From Balanoglossus misakiensis (taxonomy: Eukaryota > Animalia > Hemichordata), in NCBI GenBank assembly GCA_040954595.2, contig CM082576.2, forward strand, positions 15,485,028 to 15,549,027: DNA of 64,000 bases. The letters are read 5' to 3'. Positions 1 to 24,310 of this stretch are shown here, piece after piece; the stretch's first letter is position 1; each line of letters begins with the position of its first letter. The notes beneath the pieces were generated by a model. It was given only the letters and a program-made list of their open reading frames with translations. It was not told where the DNA came from and did no database searches. The position numbers and the translations under genes are program-made.

Positions 1-306
1 CACTTTAGTATGATGTGTCCTCTATATCAGGAGTTAAGGTCAAAATATATCCCAAGGTATTTTTACATAAATCCTTCCTTTCAAAAATTTACCCAGCTTT
101 TACAGTCTCAAAACACAACTATTGTACGCAATTTTTCAAAATTTATCTACTATGCCATGAAGATGCGTTCCGAGACTGTTGAAGAACTTTCAACCGTGTA
201 ATACTGATTGTACTTGTTTCTAGTTGAGTGTCCCTCTGTACTTTTCTTTGTATGACTTTTGTGATTACTAGGAGGCCGGAGGCCTACAGTATCCGAATAA
301 ATCACA
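1..306 (+). mobile_element. 3' end of an RTEX-like non-LTR retrotransposon (ORF2 C-terminus and 3' UTR), inside an intron of the YqaJ gene
   Basis: ORF 10-201 (CPLYQELRSKYIPRYFY...KFTQLLQSQ...KFIYYAMKMR) aligns with the C-terminus of the LINE at 44830-45690 (CPFYKELRQKYIPLYFY...KFNRLLQS...KYVHYAFIKR). The 3' UTR has GGCCGGAGGCCT followed by AATAAA, as in that element. Confidence 0.75.
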
Positions 307-453
307 TATATTTAATAATAAAGTTTGTACTCAGTGCTACATCATAATATTCGCTTGATTTTGTTGTGTGTGTGTTGTTGTTTTTTTTGGGGGGGGGATA
401 TATATTGGATGTAAACAAAGTCCCTTTAAATTGTGTTGCATTTTCATTTACAG

Positions 454-1756
454 TAAAGGAATTAATGGTCATGGCAGATGTAACCATGTAGCAGCTCTTC
501 TGTTTGCTCTTGAAGACTTCTGCCGAAAAGGACTGCATGAAAATGAAGAGCCAGTTTCTTGTACAAGTATTCTATGCAGATGGAAAAAACCAAGAACAAT
601 ACAAACAACCAGTGCACCCGTCCATCAACTCAACATCCGTAAGTACCAGTATGGACAAGATATTGCAAAGAAAGCTTCAACAAACCTGTATGACCCAAGA
701 GCTCCATCACACCAACAGCAAGATGAAGAGAATGTGAAGTCATTATGTGCTGAGCTTGGTAAAGCAGTCACCGCGTCTTCACTTTTCTTATTTTATGATG
801 TTGACCCACTCCCTGATCGCAGCCAACCACCATCAGTGTGTGTAATAGAGGAGGGCGAATTTGAAGTCCCAACCGAAGTGATAGCTGATAACGCCATTGA
901 TACTGCACCATCCATCCACAGCCCCATGCCATTTTCAGACAACTATGACATTCAATCTGCATCATTTCAACAAATTGTTGACTATGTGGCACACAGAAAA
1001 GCAGAATCATTGTCTGAGGAGCTCATTGATAAAACAGAAAAAGAAACCAGAGGCCAATCAAACAACAATGCCTGGAAAGAGATACGAAGAACAAAGATGA
1101 CATCGTCCAATTTTGGAGCATTCATAAACAGAAAAGCAGAACCAGACAAGTTGCTGTATTCTTGGATGTATAAGCCAAGTTTTAACACCTATGCATTGGA
1201 ATATGGCAGAAACCACGAAGATGATGCTGTGAATGCATACCTCAAATCTAAACGGCACAGTGGTAACCTAGGCATTCAGGTGCAAGAGGTAGGCCTTCTT
1301 CTTTGCAAAGAAAACCCCGACTATGCTGCAAGTTTGGATAGGCTGGTCATCGACCCAACTGAAGTGGTCAACCCTCGAGGTGCTTTAGAGGTGAAGTGTC
1401 CACCATCATTTCGAGGTATGCTTGCCAGGGATGCTGCCAAGAAATCAAGCTCCTGTCTGGGTGTTAACAGTGATGGGACAGTTGTGCTGAAGGAAAAACA
1501 CCAGTACTACTACCAGATTCATGGGCAAATGTTTGTTGCAGGGTTGCAGTGGGCCGATTTCGTGGTTTGGTTTGGCCCCGACTGTGACATTTTTCTTCAG
1601 CGGATAGCGTTTAACAGCAGTATGTGGCATAGATATTGTCTGCCTGCACTTAATCATTTTTATAACCGTGCTTTCCTCCCTGAAGTTTTAACAGGTCGTG
1701 TGAAGAGAGGAGTCACACTGTACAACCATGGGGGGTGGAAGCCCTACAGTAAATAG
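454..1756 (+). CDS. SWIM zinc finger + YqaJ (lambda-exonuclease-like, PD-(D/E)xK) protein; last exon of the ISL2EU accessory gene (5' exons lie outside the window)
   Basis: Acceptor ttttcatttacag|t at 453/454, phase 2 (would complete a Cys codon before KGINGHGRCNH, the SWIM motif). YqaJ motifs: WKEIRRTKMTSSNFG, YGRNHEDDA, AASLD, LEVKCP, YYYQIHGQM. Confidence 0.85.
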
Positions 1757-2265
1757 GTGCAAAATCAGGGTTAGCCAGACATAGTTGTAATGTACATATG
1801 TTTTTGTTGAAAATTGTTCTAGTCTGGTGCAGTAACAGATATTGGGGCTTTTTGTCGGAATTTTAGGATATGCAATATTTCATGTTTTTTAAAGTTTTCT
1901 ATTTTAAATTTACGTTGCATCCTGAGGTCTGTTGACTATTTACAATGTGAAGCTTTGATGACATTTTTAATGCTCAATCAAAAAGATCTAGCTGATTTAT
2001 ATTGCGGATTGGCTAGAAATAAATACTGCAATATCACAATTACATTTTGATAAATATTTACATTTCTTTTCTTTATTACAACTGCGTCATGACCATCTCA
2101 GAAAAACTACATGTTACTAGAAAAATTTACAGGTATGTAAACACAAATGCAATAAGACATTTTCATGTTTGAAATAAACCATTTTTTGTTTTGTTAACAC
2201 GTGTCTGTTTTCTGTGGGACTTCAATACAGAAGACTTGTCAGCTTGTGGTAGTACAAATACCCAA

Positions 2266-4337
2266 TTATTGCTTTTTCCATTTCTTAGGCGACAACAATG
2301 GTGGCTGGAAATTTGTAAGATAGGCACATACTGTAAATATCTGGTCTGCAACTTTTGCAAGTGTTAGCGGTAAACCCCCATCTAGTACATGATAATTTTT
2401 AATTCTCCCTATTGCTCTCTCTACATGGATTCGAACAGAAGCAATGTCCATTGTGTCTTTCACCTCTGAGGCAGTAAGCTGAGCTCTGCTCCCCTTGAAA
2501 GGGGGAATGTTAAGGTGAACACCTGTTGGAAGAAGACTTTGTATTTCAAACCCCCTATCAGCCATGACATTATCACCATCATCAAGCATTTCACATAGCC
2601 CAGATTTCATTGTAATTTCCTTATCTGATATTCTTCCCCCATACAATTCTGAAACAAAAGTCACCGCCCCATTTGGAGAAATAGCAACCAGTGCCTTAAG
2701 GGTGTTATGGTGTTTGTAATTGGACCATGTTTGACTCTGAACCAAAAGCGATGTGGGTGTTTCAACAAATATCTCTGTGCAATCAATAATAACTCTGGTT
2801 GTGGGGTACTGTGCAAATTCTGCTGGTAGTGTTTCCCTAATTTGGGTCTGTGTTGGGAATGGGAAGAGGAGTTTCAACTCGTAATACAAAAAATTGATCC
2901 ATGTTGTGAATATTCTTGAAAACTTGCTACAACTAATCCCAAACCTGTCTGAAATATCTTCAACAAACAGTCCTACTCTTAGCCTGACCAGTACCATGAA
3001 CAGTTCCTCGAATTTAGAGCAATTGCGTTTAGGACCCGGCTTGTTTCTTTCTGTAGTCTGGTATAGCTGTGATTTTGACTTTGTGGATGAATTTCGCCAA
3101 TACTGGAGCCTTTTTGCCTTGGGTTCAACAAAATTGTAAAAAGCCAACAGTGCCGAGTAATTGGGAAAACCTGTATAGAAATTTACAGCCCTGTCATTAT
3201 CTTTGAATCTATCCAGAGAAAACTGCCGTTGCTGGTATGACTCGATTTCTGCTGTGAGATTTGCAATTTTCGCCTTGGCTGCTGTAAGCTCAGTTGTAAG
3301 TTCTTCGAGCCTTTTTGCAAGAGTGTCATTATGCAGTTGTAATGGTTTGATGTCAGCGGAATTATCGGACTGTGCCAGTGGGAAGAAATAGTCATGATCA
3401 CAAGCCACTACGTTGTTTGAAATAGTGTCGTTGATATCATATTGGGTTGCCATGTCCACTGTGTAATTGTTGGGAATCTGCAAAAAAAAAAAAAAAAAAA
3501 ATCATCGTAAGTTATCCCTGACTGACAAATTGCTGATAGATACCAAAGCAAAGATTGCCAGAAACAAAGGTATACAAATATATGGCTTCCAGGAACACTG
3601 ATAGAAACAACTCCGATATGTCATATTTATTTTCAGTTGAGAGTGCATTGGGAGTTGAATGTGTTATAAAACTGTGAACGAAAATGACTGCAATTACCAA
3701 ATACTTAGTTTGAAGTAAACAATTTTATTTACCTGCTCTTCATTCACATCGTTGCCATCATCTCTATCTTCACAAGGTGCCTGATCTGTAAAGCTACCCA
3801 AGTCTGCTTTGGCAGCTAACATAGCCAAAAGCAATTTGTTTTGTTTCCCCTGCAGCAAAGGGAAAAATGTTTAAATATTGAAAATGTATTGTGAGTGAAG
3901 ATGAAAAATTGCAAGAGCAAGTTACTAGCAATATTGTCTTTTACTTGCAGGGTTGAGAATACACACCCAGAAAACAAACAACAACAATAGATACATACAC
4001 CAGAATATAGTCAAACGTAACTCACCAGTTCTGCTTTGTAAATAATGGAACGCCTGGCTAATTTAACTTGTTTGGTTTTCCTCGGGAGGTTCAACGTAGG
4101 TAAATAGCTTTTTGACTCGGGCACATCTGACTTTCTACCATGTACAAAGTGTCTGCTGCACACACGGGAATGTACAGAAGGCTTCCATTTGTTGTCTCTT
4201 CCGATGGCATGTATGAATGACCTGTACCTGGACAAGGGCTTCCTTGGGATGGTGAAAAATGACACATATTCTGCGTCTGTTTTACTCCGGCGACGCTTTG
4301 AAGAGGCAGCACAACCCGGAACACAACAAAACCCCAT
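2266..4337 (-). CDS. ISL2EU/Harbinger-group transposase: THAP + coiled coil + HTH_Tnp_4 + DDE_Tnp_4; three exons (4337-4026, 3849-3733, 3477-2266)
   Basis: Exon 1 is a THAP domain (MGFCCVPGC...FFTIP...WKPSVHSRVCSRHF...PTL). Both introns are GT-AG and phase 0; exon 2 is an open 39-aa linker. Catalytic triad IDCTE / ADRGF / VERAIG is intact. Confidence 0.88.
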
Positions 4338-4437
4338 TCTAATAAAAAATGTGAAAGTAGCACCAGGCCAAAAGAACAACACTTCATTAGACTAAAAATA
4401 GATAAAAACGAGCACGTAGCATTATGGCCAGCTGTGG

Positions 4438-4646
4438 GGAATGGTGTGTTTCCGTAGTCGCCATTAGCGTGATTAGAAGACGGTAGACGCTAGCTATACT
4501 GTAGCTGCAGTACACAGCTGTACTGGGGGGGGGGGCTGATTTCCCCCCACGTAATCACCCCCCCCCCCGGTACAGCCGCGTACTGCAGCTACAGCGTCTA
4601 CCGTCTTCTAATCACGCTAATGGCGACTACGGAAATACACCATTCC
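4438..4646. repeat. ~210-bp near-perfect palindrome (foldback/MITE-like) upstream of the transposase start
   Basis: GGAATGGTGTGTTTCCGTAGTCGCCATTAGCGTGATTAGAAGACGGTAGACGCT... pairs with ...AGCGTCTACCGTCTTCTAATCACGCTAATGGCGACTACGGAAATACACCATTCC; G and C tracts lie near the centre. Confidence 0.85.
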
Positions 4647-5375
4647 ACATGAACACAAAAATACACATAAACAGCCTTATTTTGTTGAAGAGTGTATCTA
4701 AGGGTACTCTTTTTTATCTAAATGCCAATATGGGGAACAAGCAAGAACCATAATCGATCGCGTTTTGGGGGTGATAATGTGATTTGAACAACAACACCCG
4801 TACACAGCACATAATGTACAAGAACGACAGACGACTCAGTGAACGCTGCTTGTCATTACCAAATGTTTTTGGCTCTTCTGTAAAAATATTGCAGTACAAA
4901 CAAACAAACAAACAAACAAACAAAATTTATTTGTAAAGAAGCGAAGACTGTATACTCACGGTACTCGTGGTGATCTGGGGTTGAACTCTACGACATTCGA
5001 CATTATTTAAAGTCTACAACCATTCCGCGAATGATCTATCACAAATTAAAAATCCCTTCTTGATACAAGTATAGCACGATTTAAAATTGAATAAAGAAAA
5101 GTTCCGTGCGTTTTATGGATTTGTTATTTCGAAAGATGCAATCCTACTGTATTGTTCGTGGTTCTAAAATGGTTTAAATTGCCATAAATTAAATAATTCA
5201 GCAAAAAAAATACACAGGCGACTGATAGACTGTTGTCATCATTGCCAATGGCTGAGGTGAGTGAAATTCTTTCAGGGATAATTAAGAATAAATTATGTCC
5301 ACCGAATGAAAAGAGAAATGTTAATCAGCTGCAGGCCAATGATCGCCGTTACCTAATTACACTCCAATTTTAAGA

Positions 5376-5383
5376 TATATAAA
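5376..5383 (+). promoter_or_regulatory. Putative TATA box of the GlyR-like gene
   Basis: TATATAAA about 130 bp upstream of ATG 5511, with CCAAT motifs further upstream. Confidence 0.4.
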
Positions 5384-5510
5384 CGCATTGTGTCATTGAG
5401 AAAAGCCTGTCTTGCCTAAGGCGTTGCGCACTTTAACATGTAATGAATCTATACGTCAGTCTCGAAGATTGCTAAGCTGACTATTTCGACGTCACCTCGC
5501 GCAGCGAGTA

Positions 5511-18233
<12,723 letters not shown>

Positions 18234-18267
18234 AGAGAGTGCCCTTGGACACTGTACGGACCCTCAA

Positions 18268-18429
18268 GGGACTGGTCAGTTTCTTCGGCCTGTGGGTGGT
18301 GGTGGATACATGGGGGATGTCACCCTGTTTTGGAATTGGGTGATGGGGTCACCCACTTTTCAAAGTACAATGTGGGGGAGGGGGTATCCACAAAATAGAA
18401 TCCCCCCCCCACCCAGGCCGACCAGTCCC
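18268..18429. mobile_element. Small Harbinger-type MITE in the 3' UTR of the GlyR-like gene
   Basis: CAA|GGGACTGGTC ... GACCAGTCCC|TAA: 10-bp TIR with an imperfect 3-bp TSD. Confidence 0.6.
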
Positions 18430-19030
18430 TAATCCTGCAGTGAAATCGTGTCTAGGTGCTGCACAGGCCATTTGCAAATTTGTCCCGCACAAATTTTACA
18501 CACTCCGGTTTTGACCGCTATTTACAAAAAAAAACACAACACATGTCCAGCATTGTCTTTTACTTGTTTGCCATAGCATATATTTACGCTCGTAAGCATG
18601 CACGCACAAGTGAAAGCTTATGTATGCACATAATTGGCAAGTGAGACTTCGCACTCATCGGACTCGCATTGGAAATTTAAAAGAACATCTCCGCTCTGTA
18701 CGTTTTGAAAGGGCAAAGGGCGCAAAGACAAAGCATCTATAGCATCAGTATGGTGAATGGCGAGGATGTATTTTCACGTCAAATAAGCAAAATTAAAATT
18801 TCCCATTAAATGTAATAATTCAACATTTACTTGTGACATGAATGCAGTGGTCTCTGACTCTCAGTTTTTTTTAATGACAAAACTTCGGAAACAGCATTGA
18901 ATTCAGTGGACGCTTGGAACACATTTTTGAGATGAAGACAAACATAGAAAAGTGTCGTTTGAAAGGAGGGTTTGTCTTCACTTATCTACCTCCTCTGCCA
19001 GAAGGTGATAGTTCTAACTGTTCAGGCTGA

Positions 19031-19301
19031 GGCCAAATAAAAAAAAATATTGTACTGTTCTGATTACCCGACCTACCCTAATTTTAGCCCGCCGACCCTA
19101 AACATTTTAGAGCTTCGTAAACCGAAAGTGAGAATAACGATAATTTATCAAAATTGCGAGAATCACGCAAGAACTATGACGTCATTTTTCTACACTAAGG
19201 CGGCCAAAACTATTAAAATGTGCAAAATAAAGACATTTCACTACCTACCTACCCTATTTTTGAAAACCATGTAATCGGAACAGCACATACTATTTCTGGC
19301 C
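19031..19301 (+). mobile_element. Harbinger-type MITE, sister of 16400-16684
   Basis: Colinear high similarity to 16400-16684; GGCC termini. Confidence 0.85.
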
Positions 19302-20728
19302 TAAGCTAACCGCTGCGAAATCAAATGTCCACAGTACAGTGAATTATAAAAATCAGGTTTGTAAGTTTTAGGTTGCGTGAATAAGAATTTGGCAAGTTTC
19401 ATTTTACCAGGAAATCATACATCTGTACATGCACTCACAAAGAAACCTACAATAGGAAAATGCCCAGGTGTTTGCAGCTGAACTCATGCATGGACCAGAA
19501 TGTATGCAAGATGTGCCAATAGCAAACATGGCGACTTTGTCAGAACAAGGTACAATGATTTTCCGATTTGATATTCCAAGGGATGAAATTGTGACCCGAC
19601 CCATTTTCCCTATCAACATAGTTACATGTACTTCATAGGAAAAGTGCGCGCGTGTGTGTTTGTGCGTGTGTGTGTATGTATGTATAAATGTAAGGTTAGC
19701 TGGAGAAACGTTAGGCGGCACAATCTCTACAACATTGTTTCGTGAGTCACTTGATTCACACATCAGGAGACTAAACGGGCGAAAATGCAACGGGGAAGAC
19801 GTGTTTATATGCAGGTGCACAGTAGGTCGAGGGTTCCCACCTCCAACATGTACGTCCACAAATGGCTAAAATGGTGTATCTAAGTGTCCCTATGAAAATA
19901 TGTGATTTGCTAGATCGTACTTTGCCATGGTAACTGTAGTTAAATTTGCATAGGTGACCGTGTACCTTTAACATCAACACTGTGCGCGGCGAACAACGGA
20001 ATCCAGATATTGTGTCCAGGTCGACTTTGTTGACGCGTACAGATCTAGTGTTTCTTAAGTTTGCTGTTACAATAGATGATTTCCTCATTGGATATGAATA
20101 TTCTATTCAACTACCTGGGGAGCAATAGCTAGCTCACGTGTAGCCTTAAGTTCAGCGCAGGAGAGCTTAACATACACATTGAATATATTAAATAAATTAA
20201 TAACCGTACATATTATATGAGTGACGCCTCATGTATATTTTCTGTACACGTGTGTAAAAATCAAGTTGCTGGTAAAAAGGTAAAACTCCGAGGGGTAAAA
20301 CTAAGGAATTTGGAAATGTCTTACGTCTGGTACAAATTGTTGTGGCTGTTCTATCAGTGCGGCTATTTCTTGTATTACAAAACAACCCTGGTCTCGCCTA
20401 ACAGACTCTTATATGCTTCCGTTTTGCATTGAGTTAGCTATAGCAGACTATCTGTATTTCACCAGCCGGTGCATGTGGCAGGCGTCAACTGTTTTATACG
20501 CTACAAAACACAGTAGGGCCATTTGCGGAAACTGCGTTCGTACGTAGGTTCCTGCAAGACAGCGCCATCAAGTTTCGCTAGTCCAATCTGTTTTGTTTTT
20601 ACCCCCTGTTGATCAATATGCATCTGCCATTGCAGCTTGTTCACACGAGGGAAAATGAACATAACTAGAAACACACAGAAACTCTCCAACACAAATATGT
20701 AAATATGAATCCCATTGAAATTCTTTAC

Positions 20729-20900
20729 AGGTATACACCTCCAATTCACATACGCCCATATATGGCTGAAATAGAGGGTTCTAAAGAACATATGGTGGCG
20801 TTCTTTTTTCGCGTGTGCCACCCACTGAAAATCTGTGATTGGCCAGATCTCAATTTGCCCTGGTAACTATAGCTGATTTTCCATAGGTGACCGTATACTT
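20729..20900. mobile_element. Small MITE family (AGGTAYAC...GGTGACCGTRTACYT ends); fragments also at ~19860-19967 and ~21740-21812
   Basis: AATTCACATACGCCCATATATGGCTGAAAT is shared with the 21760 region. TTTGCC..GGTAACT..AG...CATAGGTGACCGT.TAC is shared with the 19920-19967 region. Confidence 0.6.
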
Positions 20901-22120
20901 TTAAAGCCCAAGGAGCTACCGCGGGCATAAAAAATCTTCAACCACCGAATCATATTATTCATAATCTTTTGTGTACCTACATGTAGTAGTATTGATAAAC
21001 AAATTTTGTTAGGACAGACTGACCATTACAGCACAATTACTGGTTAGAGCATTACGCGGTGGAAATTGGTAGAATTTGTCGACATTGAAGGAGACCGAGG
21101 GGCAATAGACTTGTTGGTCGCACGGCCGAGTCCATTAACACCCGGGTGGCCAATTAACAGACACTCGGAAAGAAAATAAAATGTTTCCCTTTGGGAGATA
21201 TTAAGTCCCCTTAACTCCCCGAGAATCACAACAGTTATTGTTTAATGTCTGTAATAACTGCCTTCTATGCGAGAGTAAGCTCTTTAACACTGTACCACTC
21301 TTACAATTTGCCATCACACATTCCTTTTAGTATCGTGTAATTATATCACACATCATTTTTCGTGTCGATCAAACGACCCCGTTGAGACCGTGCGACCTTC
21401 TAACTCAATGTGTTTTTCTGAAGAGGATCATTAAACTGAAGAAAAATATCAATCGATTGTTCAGGGTCTTGAGAAAATAATCAGTTATAGCTGTATATAG
21501 ATAGCAGAATCCTTCATTTTCGATATTTTCAAAGATTTTTGTGTACAGTGCATGCCTTGGGGGAAACGCCATTGATAAAGATGAGAGAATTCCTCGTGCA
21601 TCAATTAAAAAAAAGCGTATCAAGAAAAGCTATTTGGAAGTCAGACCATGAAGATGAACACGTGACCAACTCAAGTTTCTCGCCAACGACGTTTGATGTT
21701 TCAGCTATCAACATTGTGGTACTGTACGCGGAGTGTTTAAGGTACACGGTAACCCCTAATTCACATACGCCCATATATGGCTGAAATGGCGTGTTTGATT
21801 GTTCTAAAGAATATACGACGCCCCTCTCTTTTTTTCTCTATCTCAAAATAGTGAAAACTTCATCAGAAAGATTATGTTACCTTGATTTCAAGGAAAACAG
21901 TTCAGCTGTGAAGAAGTAATGTACTGACGGTACAATACGGTAAAAAGGAAACACTTTGTATTTTGTTTCCATTCAAGCACAGACAAGTAGAAAGGTCTTT
22001 TCTCTTTGTCTGTTATTAAGGCAAAATGAAAAGTCACATGGTACATCTCATGAATTCTTTTGTAACAAGAATGTATCACCCTAAAAATTAAACCAAACAC
22101 AACCAGATCGCTAGGGTTAA

Positions 22121-22410
22121 AGCGCGTAGCTCGTCTCACACGCATATTCCAACTGTAGCCGCTGGTTACAGACGTTTAGTGAAATATCAATCCCATAAGG
22201 CAGTGCTCACACAAGATGGCGGCGACAATAATCTGTGTCGGAGATCGGGAAAAGACACTAGCTTGGGTGAAAAGGAGGGACAAAACCAGAATCTACTTAT
22301 ACGGTGCGCATGAAATATGGAAGGAAGCGAAGGCAGTCCACTATTTGAATACATCGAACGGAAAATTTGCTGGGAAGTTACGCGCATGCGCGTGACACGA
22401 GCTGCGCGCT
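22121..22410. mobile_element. TTAA-target MITE (Kolobok-type)
   Basis: TTAA|AGCGCGTAGCTCGTCTCACACGCAT ... ATGCGCGTGACACGAGCTGCGCGCT|TTAA. Confidence 0.75.
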
Positions 22411-22553
22411 TTAATCATAGGGAGACAGTGAAACGTCTGTCTTCAACAAATTTGCATTTGAAGGTGCGCTTAATGAGCAATAAACAAAACGTGAAATGCG
22501 GGCGGATACCACCACCTCAACCGGAAATAGCTCTCGAATTAAACGCGAAGAGG

Positions 22554-24310
22554 ATGGACGTTTTTATGGTATCCCCTGGAAACAGCGAAACGTTTATCAT
22601 GAACAAATTTGCATCTAGAGATTATACAGTGTGTAAAGGTTGTACGTATACTTATTACAGTAATTGGAATTGGCAATAAGAAAACGGCATGATCAGGGTC
22701 GCATATCGCTGTGGTAACGTTGCTCCCCTCTTCCCGTTACTCACTCCCTAAGATCACATTATAGTCTTCAGGATTCTGTATAAAAAAGAAAAAGAAAATT
22801 CACCGTACTTAATAGCAACATTGGAATGAATATGACTGATTTATTAAGGTTTTATCGTGACTTAAATCCCATTGGTCCAATCGTTTTCTCATGTTTGCGG
22901 TGGTGCTATCCGCCCACATTTCACGTTTTATATATTATTATAATTGTTATGTAAGCTTCAAATGCAAATTTGTTGAAGGCAGACGTTTCACTTCTGAAGG
23001 GACGATCGCATCGGGTATACAGTGTATTTTCTTCGGAGTAATCCTGTCACGGCGATACAAGTCTAACTTTGTTTCCAGCCTCTCCGCGTTTGACTGAAGA
23101 GCTTTCCCTGCGGATCGAGCTGGTGTTATCCAGCAGCGCGTACGGACATGATTTGACAAACCAGACGGTCAGTTTTGAGCATCGAACTAAAAGTGAATTG
23201 ATCTGTCTCATAGTCAGCATCGTCATAGTTGTTCCCGTCATCGTGATTGGGTCAAGTGGAAACCTTCTTGTCTGCTGGATCGTCGGCACAGTCAAGAAAC
23301 TACAGACACCGGCCAACATTCAACTGGTGACTATCGCCGTCCTCGACCTGCTGACCTGCGCTGTCATATCGCCTCTGGTGTTTGTCGCCAATATCGTCTT
23401 CTTACTGACCGGCACAAATTTCTTCGAGAGTGACGCGTCGCTGAATGTTTGCAGGGTATACACCTTCATTGCGCTCCTGTCGTTATCGGTGTCCTGCGTC
23501 AGTCTCGGATTACTCAGTGTGACTCGGGCGATGGGCGTAAGCGGGAAGTTCTCCCCGTTCGGGATGAAGATAACTATAGTGGCATCGATTTTTGTCAGCT
23601 TTCTTGTCGGGTCAAGTCACGCCTTTCTTCGAGCTTTGCTGACCCCGCAGCGATTTTGTCTAATCGATGAACTCCCTGCACAGACCATCTTTCGAGCCAT
23701 CAATAAGTATGCTGCTGTTGTTGTGTTTATCACGCTTCTAATGGTCGGTGTATCCTATGGTTATATTTTCCGCCTGAAGCAGAAACAACAGAAAACTGCT
23801 GCGTCATTGACACAGAACAAATCCCAAATAAATAGACGTGACTTGGCCACCATCCGTATTTGCTTATTTCTGGTCTCGACTTTCATCGCCACCTATTTGC
23901 CAATTGGAGTTTTTGCGTTTCTGCACTCGTTGGACGCTCTGCCGAAGAGCCTGTATTACCCCCGTCTGGTATACGCCATCTCGTACTGCGGAAGCATGGC
24001 CAATCCCATCATCTACTGCCTCATGTCCAGCAGATTCCGAGAACAGCTGTGTTGCTTCGTGTTCGGCGGCAGAAGGGGCTCTCCGAAGCGCAAACCCGGT
24101 CATCTGAATCCAAGAAACCTGGGAGGGGTTTCAACGAGTAGCGCTCAAGCCAAGGGCTCATCACACAACGCCCGCCCCGATAGTCCGCGACCGAGCCAAG
24201 CGACGCCCACCATAAATTCAATCTCTGCTGCTATTGAAATGAGGAACGTCATTCCTGACTCAACAGAGTGTGGTATAGATAATCTTGCATTAGAAATCGA
24301 CGATTCTTAA
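22554..24310 (+). CDS. Orphan class A (rhodopsin-family) GPCR; main exon 23079-24310, tentative first exon 22554-22638
   Basis: Seven hydrophobic segments; GN in TM1 (SSGNLLV), IAVLD in TM2, TRA at the DRY position, YLP in TM6, NPIIY in TM7, helix 8 FRE. The ORF has no N-terminal ATG; branch point and acceptor ctaactttgtttccag at 23078 (phase 1) match the donor AAG|GT at 22638. Confidence 0.85.

Larger units (their letters stand above)
1..4450. mobile_element. ISL2EU-type DNA transposon (transposase and YqaJ genes convergent); left end outside the window, right end approximate
   Basis: A THAP-DDE_Tnp_4 transposase paired with a SWIM-YqaJ exonuclease is the established ISL2EU gene content. 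Termini cannot be paired within this window. Confidence 0.8.

Noticed and set aside
368-1756. YqaJ as a prophage gene or bacterial horizontal transfer
   Set aside because: It has a spliceosomal acceptor and a SWIM finger and is paired with a THAP transposase, which fits ISL2EU. The annotated start at 368 is intronic.
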